Of a stretch of 64,000 nt of DNA, positions 1 through 10,893 are shown piece after piece (position 1 is the stretch's first letter; the number at the start of each line of letters is the position of its first letter). The stretch lies in contig CP129477.1 of NCBI GenBank assembly GCA_030583825.1, forward strand, positions 138,259-202,258, given 5' to 3'. A program made the position numbers and the translations under genes. The notes below the pieces were generated by a model. It searched no databases. It saw only the letters and a list, made by a program, of their open reading frames with translations, and had not been told where the DNA came from. This stretch comes from Candidatus Dojkabacteria bacterium. GTDB taxonomy: Bacteria; Patescibacteriota; Dojkabacteria; GCA-002793355.

Positions 1-1173
1 GGTAATGCTTTGTTTCAAACCTACCAATGCTCCAATTTCTCCTGCTCGCAACTCTTCAACTTCTTCACGATTGTTTGCATGCATAAGAAGTACGCGTCCT
101 GCACGCTCCTGAACTTTCTTTGATGAGTTCCATACATATGTACCTGGCTTTAATACGCCTGAGTATACACGAACATATGAAAGTGTTCCCACATGATAAT
201 CGCTGATAACTTTGAATACTAATGCTGTCAATGGCTCCTCTTCTGCTGGCTTTCGCAATACTGTTTCTTTTGAGTTTGGATCAATACCTTCTACTGGAGG
301 CAAATCGAGCGGTGCTGGAAGGTAAGAAACAATAGTGTCCAAAAGTTTTCGTGTGATTGGCCCTCGTGAGTCTCCACCTGTAACTGGATAAATCTGTGAT
401 GTAACAGTCGCCTGGCGAAGTCCTTTCTGAAGCTGCTCTTCGGTAATTTCTTTTCCATCAAGATATGCTGCCATTAATTCATCATCTGTCTCGACAACTT
501 TTTCTACAAGAATTGCGCGGTATTTCTCAACAATATCTTTCATGTCTGCAGGAACATCTACGACGTCCAATTCAAACTGATTTGTATCTTTATACATGTA
601 TGCCTTTCTTTCGATAAGGTCTACGAGTCCGTGCAAGTCTCCTTCAATTCCAATTGGCAAATGAACAGCAACTGCATTCTTTGAAAGTCTTTCTTGGATT
701 GATTTTAGTGTTGCAAAGAAATCTCCACCAATAATGTTTAGCTTGTTTGCGAAGCAAATACGTGGAACGCCATACTTGTCTGCCTGGCGCCATACTGTTT
801 CTGTCTGTGCCTGAACGCCTGATTTTCCATCGAAAATAACACATGCTCCGTCCAATACGCGAAGTGATCGCTCAACTTCTGCAGTAAAGTCTACGTGCCC
901 TGGTGTATCAATAAGGTTGATTCGGTACTTAGTATCTTTATATGTCCAAAAACATGTTGTTGCGGCAGCAACGATAGTAACACCTCTTGCCTTTTCTTCT
1001 GCAAGATAGTCCATAGTTGCTCCACCTTCGTGAACTTCACCAATTTTGTGAGTTCGTCCGGTAAAAAGCAAAATTCTTTCGCTGGTTGTTGTCTTTCCTG
1101 CATCAATGTGTGCAATAATTCCAATATTTCTTACATTTCTAAGATCAATTTTCGTGTTTTCTGCTTTGGACAT
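1..1173 (-). CDS. fusA: Elongation factor G, 5' portion; the C-terminus runs off the window edge
   Basis: Minus-strand translation begins MSKAENTKIDLRNVRNIGIIAHIDAGKTTTSERIL and continues through DTPGHVDFT. This is the canonical EF-G G-domain. The ATG is at 1171-1173. Confidence 0.9.
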   Translation of the reverse strand, partial: MSKAENTKIDLRNVRNIGIIAHIDAGKTTTSERILLFTGRTHKIGEVHEGGATMDYLAEEKARGVTIVAAATTCFWTYKDTKYRINLIDTPGHVDFTAEVERSLRVLDGACVIFDGKSGVQAQTETVWRQADKYGVPRICFANKLNIIGGDFFATLKSIQERLSKNAVAVHLPIGIEGDLHGLVDLIERKAYMYKDTNQFELDVVDVPADMKDIVEKYRAILVEKVVETDDELMAAYLDGKEITEEQLQKGLRQATVTSQIYPVTGGDSRGPITRKLLDTIVSYLPAPLDLPPVEGIDPNSKETVLRKPAEEEPLTALVFKVISDYHVGTLSYVRVYSGVLKPGTYVWNSSKKVQERAGRVLLMHANNREEVEELRAGEIGALVGLKQSIT

Positions 1174-1401
1174 AGAAAGCGATTTAGTAATTTTATATTC
1201 TTGGTTAGTAATATTCCCTGGATTTTGTTCAGGCAATTTCTTAACGGATTATATTACGATTCTCCTTTATAAAACAATCTTTCATCTCTCTGGAGAGTAA
1301 GTCGTAAGATATACACGCACGCAATTATACATAAGAACATAGAGCTTAGCAATAGGCTGACAGGTGTTTACATACTGTAGCACCAAATGTAAACGCTTCT
1401 G

Positions 1402-2100
1402 TTAATCAATAATATAAATTGTCAGCCAACGAGTGCTCCAATTTGCATAACGCAAATCATCATATGCCACATCTATTGTATTTCCTTTTACCGCACCTCC
1501 AACATCTTGAGCTTCTCCCCATCCATAGCCGGGAATATACATTTTGGTTCCAAGTGGAATAACACGTGGATCAACAGCGACTATACCTTTTGTTAAATAA
1601 CGCCCTGTAGCAGTTGTTTTGTTACATCCTAAACACGTATGATCATACGAAGTCGCTCGTACATATAATGCCCGCAAATACTGAAATTCCTCTCCCTCGT
1701 CTGTCCTGGCAACCTTATATACTTTATTTGTTCCGACTTCTATCACTTCCTGTTGTGGAGAACGGATTACTTTATCAGCAAGAAGAGTATGAATAATCTC
1801 TCCTTTTGCAAGTGTTAATGAATATGATTGTCTTCTCACTCCGGCAATTCCGGGAACTCCAACACGTTCTTGCCCTGGAGGAAGTGAGTTTACAAACCAT
1901 CGTTTTGAAGTATAAGGAATATCTTCATAGGTATGATATGTCCCTTTAAAATCAGTCCTCTTATCAATAATGCTCATTGGACGAAACTGGTACTGAGGAA
2001 TTGTATATGGAGGGTATTCCTGTGCAGAAACTGCAGGAATTAAGTGAACAAAAATAATAAGTAGTGAGGTAATAAAAACGAGTAGTCTTTTTAATAACAC
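1402..2100 (-). CDS. Secreted 3D-domain protein (MltA/YabE-like 3D domain), likely a cell-wall-active protein
   Basis: It has an N-terminal signal or TM segment. The C-terminal region carries the 3D-domain pattern RATSYD...TATGR...GIVAVDPRVIPLGTKMYIPGYGWGEAQDVGGAVKGN. Confidence 0.65.
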   Translation of the reverse strand: MLLKRLLVFITSLLIIFVHLIPAVSAQEYPPYTIPQYQFRPMSIIDKRTDFKGTYHTYEDIPYTSKRWFVNSLPPGQERVGVPGIAGVRRQSYSLTLAKGEIIHTLLADKVIRSPQQEVIEVGTNKVYKVARTDEGEEFQYLRALYVRATSYDHTCLGCNKTTATGRYLTKGIVAVDPRVIPLGTKMYIPGYGWGEAQDVGGAVKGNTIDVAYDDLRYANWSTRWLTIYIID

Positions 2101-2133
2101 ATATTTTTTAATAAATTTAATCTCGCCGCATTA

Positions 2134-4182
2134 TTACTGCATATATTCATCTTTTAATGTGGCGGGAATGTCCGCAAGATACTGTGAAGGAATTGTTTCA
2201 AAACTGATATTACCCATATTACGGCGACGCGCAGATGTCAAATATAGCTGCCTTTTGGCACGTGTCACAGCAACATAAAATAATCGGCGCTCTTCTTGAA
2301 GCTGAATTGGGTTTGTTAAAGACCGACTATGTGGAAAACTACCTTCTTCTAATCCAACAACAAATACTGTTCCGAATTCCAACCCCTTTGCGGCATGAAT
2401 ACTCATTAATTGAACTCTGCCTTTTATGTCAGAAGTATGAGATTCATTGGCCTCTTTGGTTTCTTCAACAAGTGCAATATCCTGCAAAAATGAATTTAAT
2501 CCTTCCCTTCCGGTATATGCTTGCTTTACAGCAACAGCGGAAAGCTCATTAACGTTTGCAAGACGGGAAATTTCCTCTTCTTTAGTCCCGGCCATTTTCT
2601 GAATCCATTGCTTATATCCTATTTTGTCTACCAGCAACTGAATATATTGAGATATTTCTCTGTTAGGATCAAAGCTTTCTTTAATAAGCTCTCCCATAAC
2701 GGTAAAGAAGTGCGAATATTTCGTAAAATAATCACTTCCTTCTTCTAAAATCTTTTCTATGTATTCTTGACTCATCATTGTTGCTGCAAAAACATCGTCA
2801 TGAGAAAGGAGCGACCCGTACCAAATAAATTCTCCAAAGGTCAATGCACACTTTTTTGCAATTTCTTTAAGTGAGCCAATCGCTTTATCTCCAATTTTAC
2901 GTGACGGAGTATTAATAATACGTAACATGCTTACCTCATCTCGAGCATTATTCACAAATTTGAGATATGCCAAGATGTCCTTAACTTCGAGGCGTTGGTA
3001 GAATCCAACGCCACCGACAAGCTTATAAGGGATATTGTATTTCACAAAAATATCTTCAAAGTTTCGTGATAACGAGTTTACTCTGTATAAAATTGCAACC
3101 TCGTCGAGGTTTCTTCTATATTTATCCAACTCTCGCAATACAAACATTGCTTCCATAAATGGATCTTCTAAGCGATTTGTAATAATTTTGTTAGTCCCTG
3201 AATTTTCTGTCCATAATGACTTTGCAATACGGTTTGGATTCTTGGAAATTACATAGTTTGCAGCATCGAGTATCACTTTAGTTGAACGATAATTTTGTTC
3301 GAGCTTAATAATCTTATGCTCTGGAAAGTCTTTTTGAAAGAACTTAATATTATCAACAGTTGCGCCACGCCACGAGTAAATTGACTGATCTTCATCTCCA
3401 ACGACACATAAATGACGGTGCTGAGATGCCAATGCGCGCACAATCTTATATTGCTGAATATTCGTATCCTGGTATTCGTCTACAAGAACAAATTTGTTCT
3501 CTTCCTGGTATCTCGCGAGAATATCGGGATGCTGTTCGAACATATCAACAACGCGTGATAATAAATCATCAAAATCAACAGCATTCAGATTTCTTAAACG
3601 CTTTACGTACTCTTTATATACTCTGGAAACAACTTCATCGAAGTCGTCTCCATAACTGTTTTTAAAGTACTCATCAGCAGTAATGCCCTTTGATTTTGCT
3701 TCAGAAATTTTCCCTTGAATCGCGCTCGGCTTTAGATTCACACTGATGTCAAAATCTTTACATATTGCCTTTACAACTGAAAGTTGATCATCACTATCAT
3801 AAATAGAGAATGACGCATCCATACCAATATTACGTGCATTCCGGCGAAGCAACATTGCACCATATGAATGGAAGGTACCAATAAAGTACCGACGATGTGG
3901 AGGTGCTCCAAGCAGAGTATTGATTCTTTCAGCCATTTCTCCCGCTGCTTTTTTTGTAAATGTGACAGCGACAATAGATTCGGGAGGATAATCTAAATCT
4001 CGAATGAGATGTGCAATTTTATGAGTAATAACCTTTGTCTTTCCTGAGCCGGCACCAGCCAAGATCATTAAAGGGCCATCATTATACAACACAGCTTCAC
4101 GCTGCTGAGGGTTAAGAGATTCTACAAGATCCATTGGAAAAATACTTAGTTGATAAATCGGAGATTCGGACGGTACATCCAT
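2134..4182 (-). CDS. pcrA: ATP-dependent DNA helicase of the UvrD/PcrA family
   Basis: Walker A is present (AGAGSGKTKVI) along with UvrD-family motifs across 682 aa. The first 37 nt overlap the upstream gene, so the true start may be the internal Met near 4134. Confidence 0.85.
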   Translation of the reverse strand: MDVPSESPIYQLSIFPMDLVESLNPQQREAVLYNDGPLMILAGAGSGKTKVITHKIAHLIRDLDYPPESIVAVTFTKKAAGEMAERINTLLGAPPHRRYFIGTFHSYGAMLLRRNARNIGMDASFSIYDSDDQLSVVKAICKDFDISVNLKPSAIQGKISEAKSKGITADEYFKNSYGDDFDEVVSRVYKEYVKRLRNLNAVDFDDLLSRVVDMFEQHPDILARYQEENKFVLVDEYQDTNIQQYKIVRALASQHRHLCVVGDEDQSIYSWRGATVDNIKFFQKDFPEHKIIKLEQNYRSTKVILDAANYVISKNPNRIAKSLWTENSGTNKIITNRLEDPFMEAMFVLRELDKYRRNLDEVAILYRVNSLSRNFEDIFVKYNIPYKLVGGVGFYQRLEVKDILAYLKFVNNARDEVSMLRIINTPSRKIGDKAIGSLKEIAKKCALTFGEFIWYGSLLSHDDVFAATMMSQEYIEKILEEGSDYFTKYSHFFTVMGELIKESFDPNREISQYIQLLVDKIGYKQWIQKMAGTKEEEISRLANVNELSAVAVKQAYTGREGLNSFLQDIALVEETKEANESHTSDIKGRVQLMSIHAAKGLEFGTVFVVGLEEGSFPHSRSLTNPIQLQEERRLFYVAVTRAKRQLYLTSARRRNMGNISFETIPSQYLADIPATLKDEYMQ

Positions 4183-5252
4183 CCTTTCGTTCCTTGTTTT
4201 GTTTCTATTTCAAGCCACGCTCCCTGATCATTTAAAATAATAACAACAGTATCAGGGTCAAGCTTAAATAGTTCCGCTGAATTTAAATCGGGCGCTGCGC
4301 GTACTCTCGCAAATGGTACATTATCTCGCGGACGAATAACTGCCAATGCAAGATTATCACTAAAAACTGTAAACTCAAGCTTTTTTGCTGAGTCTGGAAT
4401 CACTTTGTTGCCTACCTTCAATTCTAATAGTTGCTCATATTTACCCGGAACGATCGGAGTATTCAGCGTTAATTTTATTTCTGTTTGTTCACCAGGCTTT
4501 AATGAGCCAGTATTTTTTTGAATATTTGATGTGGAAATCCAGCTTACATCGTAAAAGGCACTGTTTCCGGGGACACTCACATATACTGGTGCAATAGAAT
4601 CTCCATAGACACCAAACTCTCCTACATTTTTAATAAAAATACTCACGGGCAATGTCTCACGTTGACCAATACGCTCATTTGCCGTAATTCGTTCAATTTC
4701 AAGCTTATATTCTCGTGTTTGCCAATTACCCTCTGCTGGACGAAGTTGCTCACAAACAGTTCCACACTCGGCTTTTTCTTCAAGTACAAGATTGCCGTCT
4801 GTAATTCGCGCAACAGCCGTACTTAAGGTCACTATATTATACTTATCTATTAACGACTGTAGCGAAGATGGTAATGCTCCAGTTGCACCAACAACAATAA
4901 CGGGTTTTCCATCTATTGTCATTTTTGATGAGATATCAGCAATATCACACTGGTGAAAAAAGACATCACCGTTTACAGCAATTGCGTGAAATGGCGAACG
5001 ACGCTGTGTATTGACATAGGTAAATTCATAGAAAAGCTCTTTACTGATATCGCTAGCACCGGTAGATGAACCTTTATAAACACGAAGCAAGTCAACAACA
5101 ATAAGCTCTTCAACGGGAGTAAATTCTGTAATTGCAGAACATTCATAAGGCAATGCCGACTCCGCCGTAATTGTGACAGCAGAAACACGTGGTATACCTA
5201 CTACAAAACTAGAGATAATTGCAGTAAATAAGGCAAAAACAATCCTTTTCAT
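4146..5252 (-). CDS. Secreted hypothetical protein with a C-terminal SH3b-like domain
   Basis: It has an N-terminal signal peptide. The C-terminus reads GAWLEIETKQGTKGWMYRPNL, which fits the bacterial SH3 pattern. Confidence 0.5.
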   Translation of the reverse strand: MKRIVFALFTAIISSFVVGIPRVSAVTITAESALPYECSAITEFTPVEELIVVDLLRVYKGSSTGASDISKELFYEFTYVNTQRRSPFHAIAVNGDVFFHQCDIADISSKMTIDGKPVIVVGATGALPSSLQSLIDKYNIVTLSTAVARITDGNLVLEEKAECGTVCEQLRPAEGNWQTREYKLEIERITANERIGQRETLPVSIFIKNVGEFGVYGDSIAPVYVSVPGNSAFYDVSWISTSNIQKNTGSLKPGEQTEIKLTLNTPIVPGKYEQLLELKVGNKVIPDSAKKLEFTVFSDNLALAVIRPRDNVPFARVRAAPDLNSAELFKLDPDTVVIILNDQGAWLEIETKQGTKGWMYRPNLRFIN

Positions 5253-5268
5253 ATGTCTATTATATACA

Positions 5269-6276
5269 CTACTTTATGAAATGTCGAAATTCAATGGCCG
5301 GATAAAAGATATAGTATGTTGTTGGAATGGCCTGTGGCGCTGCTCCTCCAATTGGTTGCCGCAAAGTTCCATTTAAGAAAAGTCTGTGGTGAGGCATTGC
5401 ATATAACTGTTTATCTTTAACAATTGTAGCATAGACAATATCTGCAGTCGTTAGCTGCATATTACGCGGAACTTCATTTAAAGAGGCACTGGAAACTTCT
5501 TCACAACCTTCTCCATCACAATGTAAATCATGATAACTCACGATTGTAAATTCTTCATGTTTTTTTTGTATTTCATCAATATTTTCCCATGAGCTGACAA
5601 TTCTATATTGTAAGTGTTCCGATGTCTGTAAATATTCAACAGAACATTCAAAACGTGTAACAACCTTATCTGTGACAAAAAATCGGCATAATGGGCCAAG
5701 TTCTTTTGTTACTACTTTTACTGAATCGAGAGTTTGATAAATACTTACTTCGCAGGAAGAAGTTCCTGTTGCTATTTCTTCAGCAGTCAACGTAATATTT
5801 GGAAAGAGAAATGATACAAAACCCGGGACAGCATTACCGCATTCAACATTTCCGGAAGAGATTCCCTTATTGGCAAAAAGAACAAATTTGGGTACTTCTC
5901 CTGAAAAAATAGTTAAAAATTTTTCTTCATCAGCGCTGGTATAACTCTCCTGCTCCTCAATAAAACTACTTTCAAGTTTTGTAACCAATTGCTCCGAATC
6001 TATAATTACGGTTGGATCAATTTTTGAAGTCGTCACTTTGTAGACCGGCATAGTAGTAGGCACAAATCCTTGAGAAGCATCTCGAACCATTGGTCTTACT
6101 AAATTATGAACTGTTATTTTATTGATAAGTGCATTATTTGTGTAATATTCTGGATAATTGAATGTGCCGTATGTTGGCAAATATGTTACTAATGAATATA
6201 ACAATAATCCTACAATCATAATTATTCCAGCAAAAAGCAGCGCGTATACAAGAGCTTTTCTTAGCTTAATAATCAT
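5269..6276 (-). CDS. N-terminally membrane-anchored hypothetical protein that is cysteine-rich and extracytoplasmic
   Basis: A single N-terminal TM helix is followed by about 300 aa carrying roughly 10 Cys. No motif was recognised. Confidence 0.5.
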   Translation of the reverse strand: MIIKLRKALVYALLFAGIIMIVGLLLYSLVTYLPTYGTFNYPEYYTNNALINKITVHNLVRPMVRDASQGFVPTTMPVYKVTTSKIDPTVIIDSEQLVTKLESSFIEEQESYTSADEEKFLTIFSGEVPKFVLFANKGISSGNVECGNAVPGFVSFLFPNITLTAEEIATGTSSCEVSIYQTLDSVKVVTKELGPLCRFFVTDKVVTRFECSVEYLQTSEHLQYRIVSSWENIDEIQKKHEEFTIVSYHDLHCDGEGCEEVSSASLNEVPRNMQLTTADIVYATIVKDKQLYAMPHHRLFLNGTLRQPIGGAAPQAIPTTYYIFYPAIEFRHFIK

Positions 6277-6303
6277 AATTTCTGCCTTTCATCTTATTAC
6301 ATG

Positions 6304-9099
6304 TTACCGACATGAGCCCCTGGAAGTATCTCCAATTGAGCAAGTAAACGAACCACACATTGCCATAAATCCAATTTGTGCATCAACAGTAGAAGCACCC
6401 TGCTTTATATATGCGTGAATATGCGGGCCAGTCCAACACTGGCTTTTAGGAACATTTCTTGTCATTGCACCGATCAATGTTCCTTTTGGAATAAGCGTTG
6501 AACTGCTTACTGGTTTTAATGGTGTGGAGTGCATAAATCCATATGTGACACCGCCTGTTGCACTAATAAATTCAAAGAAGTTACCAATACTTGGGCCGCC
6601 TGCTCCACCACAGTTATAATCTCCTCTTCGTATCATATAACCGTCAACTGGTGCATAAATACCATCACCACCGGACGGAGAAATATCAACAGCAGGTTGT
6701 TTACCAGTAAAGTTTGAACAACCATGACTATATCCACCGTATGGCCCTTGGCCACAAGAAAACGATCGAGACCATGGGCAATCTCCTTCTTGAAACTGCG
6801 CATATGTTGACGGGTCAATCGGATTGTTAATAACCGGAGTGTATGTAGCGAAGTCAGGTAACGCAACGCCTTCTGGATTATAAAACTCGTCAGGGATAAA
6901 TTCGGTTGATGAGTTTGCAGATTGTAATCCCGGATCAATCATATCTTGATATGCTCCGTTACAACAAATCATTAACATAATGATACTACCAACTATGATA
7001 ACAACCATAATATCAATGACCACCTTGAGTGCTTTTCCAACAAGCTTATCGAGCATGCCAAAACTCACAACGTTTAAGACCGTATATGCAATTCCTACAA
7101 CATTTGTGAGAGCAGTAAGCAGCATTTTTAGCCCTTTTTTAAGTACTTCGAGACCTAATCGTTTTAAGAGAGCCATAATTGCTGCCATGGCTTTATTCAA
7201 TACAAACTTCATTGCTTGCTTTGTCAATGAAGTAACCCGCTCAATTCCTTTGCTGACCAGTAATTGAGGAGCTCGTGCTACATATTGAGCGTATCTATTG
7301 AACTTAACAAACCGTTGGTATGCTTTATTATTCATCATTCTTGCAGCAAGCCTTGTTTGCCACCCATAGACATTCTTGCCTTTTGCGTCTTTGTCAAAAA
7401 TACCAAACGGTTTGCCTGTAGCAGGATCTATCTTAAAGTTTCCAAAATTTGTGCCACTTACAAGCATTCGTTGGAAGAGCGATCCATTTAAAAAGCCCTG
7501 TGCGATCTGCCATGGATGATATACATGAAGACGGTAGAACATTTTCTGCATTGCATTAGCGTCTTTAGACAGTACGAAGTCGTTGGCAATTACATTGAAT
7601 TTATCAATTTCCATGCCGCCGAATCTTCCACCGAGAGCATCAATTGAGCGAGGAACAATCTTACCGTCTTTCGTTTTATACCATCCTTCCATATTCCCTA
7701 ATCCACCACCACTATTATTTGCAAGCATTTGCAAATATTGTGCCTGAGACGTTGCACTCATACCGTATCTTCCTGACGCTTCAGCTAATACTCGGAATGT
7801 ATCTCCACGCACAAAACCAAGCATTGTGAAGGCGCCTGGGACGTTTTTCGTAAAGTTCTGCCAGCGACTGCGGGTATAATAGTACTGCTCGCTCCATGTC
7901 ATTTTCCCATCTAAACCTCGAGCTGTTGCTGCATATCCGACAAGCTTGCTTGCCATTTCAGTGTCACCGTTATTACGATATGCTTCACTGAGCTTGGCAA
8001 TAGCATATTCTGCCATTTGTCCTTCAGACTTACCGCCAGCTTTTGTTCCTTTTGCTGCTGTTTTTACAAAATCTTCGAATCCACCTGGGCCAGTACTATA
8101 TAGCCAGGCATTTAAATTTGCTTGAACGCCAGGATCAGAGACAGAAGCAAATAAGTTTGCAAGTGAAAGTCTCGCTTCTGCCATTCTGGTTGCTTCTCTT
8201 GCAGGATCAGTTGAATCTCCAGAAAAAATATTGGCAACGGTCATTCGTTTACCTTCGTGCGCACCTGAATTAAAATTGTATTGCTGGTGTTTTGTCCCTC
8301 TGTCTGGATCTTTCATTTGTCCAAGCGCCCTTTCAATTTCCGATGCAACTTGTGCACGCTGGCCTTTATCAGTTACACCTCCAATCATCGCGAATGCCTG
8401 TGCGTAAACACCATCACGGCGGTCTTCTGCAGCTCCTTGGCGAATTGCTTTATTTGAATCAGCGTTTAATGGATTGAAAACATCACGTTTTGCCCTTTCT
8501 TCTGCAAATAATCCTGCATCACGCTTTACATCCATAACAAATGAGGCGACATCACCTTCAATACCTGCCTTTCTGCCTGTGATATAGAGTGCCGCATCTT
8601 GGAAAGAATCTCCAACACCTCCCCAAAATTTCATACTTTTGGTTTGTTGCCAGTTTTCAAGCCATTTGTTGGCTATTTTTTCTGAAAAGCTACTAGGATC
8701 TTTGAAATAATTAATTGCGTTATCCAGGTTCGCGTTGATTTCAATATCGTTTTTACCAACTTCAAAGTTTCGGACATCCATTTGTTTGCCACTTGAGTCT
8801 GTGACAGCTGTAGAAAATCCAGGAGATGTACTTATTGTTATAACAGTGCTGTTTCCAAGCTGAGAACCTTGGTTTATCCATTTAGTAGCGGCACGTTCTG
8901 CAAGTTCACCAACATTATAGAAGGCACCTGCTTGCGCAGCGACGACAGGAAGTGCTTTTTCAAACGCGTCAGAATAAAGGAATAGTACTGGAGCTGAGTT
9001 TGGATTTTTAGTTTTTCGAGCAGAGTCTTCAGCAGTCGTGAATAATGCGTCAAAAATACCTGACAACCCTTCATATGTAGATGGCGCATCTTTAGGCAC
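6304..9099 (-). CDS. Large membrane-spanning protein with a C-terminal M23/LytM-like peptidoglycan hydrolase domain. A CHAP domain is not excluded.
   Basis: It is 931 aa. The N-terminal 650 aa are Ala/Gly/Lys-rich with no signal peptide. Hydrophobic segments lie near residues 660-730. The C-terminus has the pattern VDISPSGGDGIYAPVDGYM ... TGPHIHAYI, which resembles the M23 HxH motif. A GDCPW stretch resembles the CHAP Cys motif. Confidence 0.5.
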   Translation of the reverse strand: MPKDAPSTYEGLSGIFDALFTTAEDSARKTKNPNSAPVLFLYSDAFEKALPVVAAQAGAFYNVGELAERAATKWINQGSQLGNSTVITISTSPGFSTAVTDSSGKQMDVRNFEVGKNDIEINANLDNAINYFKDPSSFSEKIANKWLENWQQTKSMKFWGGVGDSFQDAALYITGRKAGIEGDVASFVMDVKRDAGLFAEERAKRDVFNPLNADSNKAIRQGAAEDRRDGVYAQAFAMIGGVTDKGQRAQVASEIERALGQMKDPDRGTKHQQYNFNSGAHEGKRMTVANIFSGDSTDPAREATRMAEARLSLANLFASVSDPGVQANLNAWLYSTGPGGFEDFVKTAAKGTKAGGKSEGQMAEYAIAKLSEAYRNNGDTEMASKLVGYAATARGLDGKMTWSEQYYYTRSRWQNFTKNVPGAFTMLGFVRGDTFRVLAEASGRYGMSATSQAQYLQMLANNSGGGLGNMEGWYKTKDGKIVPRSIDALGGRFGGMEIDKFNVIANDFVLSKDANAMQKMFYRLHVYHPWQIAQGFLNGSLFQRMLVSGTNFGNFKIDPATGKPFGIFDKDAKGKNVYGWQTRLAARMMNNKAYQRFVKFNRYAQYVARAPQLLVSKGIERVTSLTKQAMKFVLNKAMAAIMALLKRLGLEVLKKGLKMLLTALTNVVGIAYTVLNVVSFGMLDKLVGKALKVVIDIMVVIIVGSIIMLMICCNGAYQDMIDPGLQSANSSTEFIPDEFYNPEGVALPDFATYTPVINNPIDPSTYAQFQEGDCPWSRSFSCGQGPYGGYSHGCSNFTGKQPAVDISPSGGDGIYAPVDGYMIRRGDYNCGGAGGPSIGNFFEFISATGGVTYGFMHSTPLKPVSSSTLIPKGTLIGAMTRNVPKSQCWTGPHIHAYIKQGASTVDAQIGFMAMCGSFTCSIGDTSRGSCR

Positions 9100-9117
9100 T
9101 TTGTAACGACACTATGC

Positions 9118-10590
9118 TTATTTAAAGAATCCTCCGACAATTGGCGCACCAGAAGCGGCTTTCTTAACCGGATCTGCGGCTGCACTAGCTGCTTTACTGC
9201 CTTGAGTACCAAGAAGCTCATCAAGAATATTCGATGACGCAGGAGCCATAAGGAAGATAAGTACAGCAATAATAAGCTGCGGCCCAGCGGCTCTCAAGAA
9301 AGAATCTTCTATTCCTGTTGCTCCAATTGCACCACCCGAAATTGACTCAACAATACTCGCGTTTTCACCAAGGTCAATTGATGCAATGTACAATGCCAAG
9401 TTTACAAAAATAAAGATCATTGGAGGAACCAATGCATTTTTAAACATTTTTCGGATCCATCCCATATATCCATCCTGTTTTCCAGGCAATGATGCAACCA
9501 TAAAGTACACAGGAGCTAGGATAATATCAAGAATCATTCTAATATATGTAGTAAACAGCGTGAAGAATACTCGGAAACCTGCAGTAAAAAGCATTACGGC
9601 AAGAATAAGTTTCGACAAAACATGAACAATTGCGCCCACGATATCAAATCGAATATCAATATCCGTTGGTAAACCCAAAAAGCCAGATCCAGATGTTTCT
9701 ATACCGAGATATTCACCGAGATTTATGGCGCCTAAAATATCTCCATATCGCCCAAGCAATGCAAGCGGAGTCAAATTAATAATAGCAGCAAGACCATTTG
9801 GCAAAAGACCTGAAGATGATCCCTCACTATTAAACATTCCATAAAGAATAATGATCAAAAACTTTGAAAGGTTTAAGAAAAATCCACCCAAGGCAAAACT
9901 TGCAAGAGCAAAGAGAATACCAATAACCAAGTTTTGAAGTGACATACTCACAGTGACAATTGCTTGCCCACCAAGTCTTTGACGAAACATAATCATAAAC
10001 CCTGCATATAACAAGACAATGACAAACCCCATCATTGCAAAGGCAAACGAAAGTCCCCATATCTTACTAATTCCTAACTCTATACCACTTGTGCCCGTAC
10101 CAAGAAAGGCAGCAGCATTTGTATTCCAACTATCTAGTGGTGGACTTTCTGCATATGCAGGATAGTCTACAACTGAACGAAATTCTTTTGGCAATAATAT
10201 TTCTGCGTAGTGCGTTGGAATATCAACTTGTATGGGAGCAAAGAATGCCATTGTAACCATTTGACCTGTAAATTTCAAAAGTCCCGCATTACGCTGTTCT
10301 TCAGGCATTGCTTGAACTTGAGCTGTACATCCGTGTGCACTTTCAGGGCCGTAAAATAGAGTATCTGCAATAACTAATTGATTCATCCAATTAACGCTAC
10401 CTGATCGTAAAGAGTGTGGTTGTTCGTCACCTGAAGCAGATGCATTCATATCTGCTTCTTCGTATATCTTTGCCGAAGGTCGGAAAGTTGGGTCGGTCTG
10501 ACAATATCCCGCTGAAACTGGCTGTGGAGTAAGAAATGCAAAGAATCCTACAATCGTTAAGAATAAAAATATAGTTTTTAATCTATTCAT
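9118..10590 (-). CDS. Polytopic inner-membrane protein that is putatively VirB6/TrbL-like
   Basis: A signal peptide and a periplasmic domain of about 180 aa are followed by at least 6 TM helices and a Gly/Ala-rich C-terminus. The architecture and neighbourhood suggest a T4SS channel component. This is not a sequence-level identification. Confidence 0.4.
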   Translation of the reverse strand: MNRLKTIFLFLTIVGFFAFLTPQPVSAGYCQTDPTFRPSAKIYEEADMNASASGDEQPHSLRSGSVNWMNQLVIADTLFYGPESAHGCTAQVQAMPEEQRNAGLLKFTGQMVTMAFFAPIQVDIPTHYAEILLPKEFRSVVDYPAYAESPPLDSWNTNAAAFLGTGTSGIELGISKIWGLSFAFAMMGFVIVLLYAGFMIMFRQRLGGQAIVTVSMSLQNLVIGILFALASFALGGFFLNLSKFLIIILYGMFNSEGSSSGLLPNGLAAIINLTPLALLGRYGDILGAINLGEYLGIETSGSGFLGLPTDIDIRFDIVGAIVHVLSKLILAVMLFTAGFRVFFTLFTTYIRMILDIILAPVYFMVASLPGKQDGYMGWIRKMFKNALVPPMIFIFVNLALYIASIDLGENASIVESISGGAIGATGIEDSFLRAAGPQLIIAVLIFLMAPASSNILDELLGTQGSKAASAAADPVKKAASGAPIVGGFFK

Positions 10591-10598
10591 GCTCGATT

Positions 10599-10862
10599 TT
10601 ACTTACGATAGAGTAATGTTGTCAATACATTCATAACGGAAGACATAAGGTTTCCTGTACCGCGTTTAAATTGCGGCAAGACATTATTCTGAAAATCAAC
10701 TACTTTTGCATTTATACCCTTTACAGTATCGAGAATTGCGAGAATATCTTTCATCCTTAGTGCAATCTGAACAGAAATATATGTCGCAACACTTAAAAAT
10801 GCAATGAGTGCGAGCAATACGACAATTGAGAGAGACTGGATAATAAGATCAAGAGATTCCAT
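10599..10862 (-). CDS. Small single-pass membrane protein
   Basis: It is 87 aa with one TM helix and is tightly spaced within the operon. Confidence 0.45.
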   Translation of the reverse strand: MESLDLIIQSLSIVVLLALIAFLSVATYISVQIALRMKDILAILDTVKGINAKVVDFQNNVLPQFKRGTGNLMSSVMNVLTTLLYRK

Positions 10863-10893
10863 ATATACATTGGTTATATTTTATTTCGGTACT

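Noticed and set aside
1330-1400. The inverted repeat GTTTACAT-N13-ATGTAAAC between the 3D-domain gene and fusA, as a possible intrinsic terminator.
   Set aside because: No U-run follows it in the minus-strand transcription direction. It may be a protein-binding site instead, and the evidence is insufficient.
2235-4000. Numerous 60-110-aa ORFs antisense to pcrA, pnp, infB and other large genes in the six-frame track.
   Set aside because: They are fully embedded in well-supported conserved genes and have no motifs. They are treated as frame artefacts.
6304-9099. The 931-aa Ala/Gly-rich protein with internal TM segments and a C-terminal hydrolase looks like a phage tail tape-measure protein, which would make the locus a prophage.
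   Set aside because: No terminase, portal, capsid, tail or integrase genes occur anywhere in the flanking 10 kb. The neighbours are membrane proteins, groES and pcrA. It is kept as an alternative note only.
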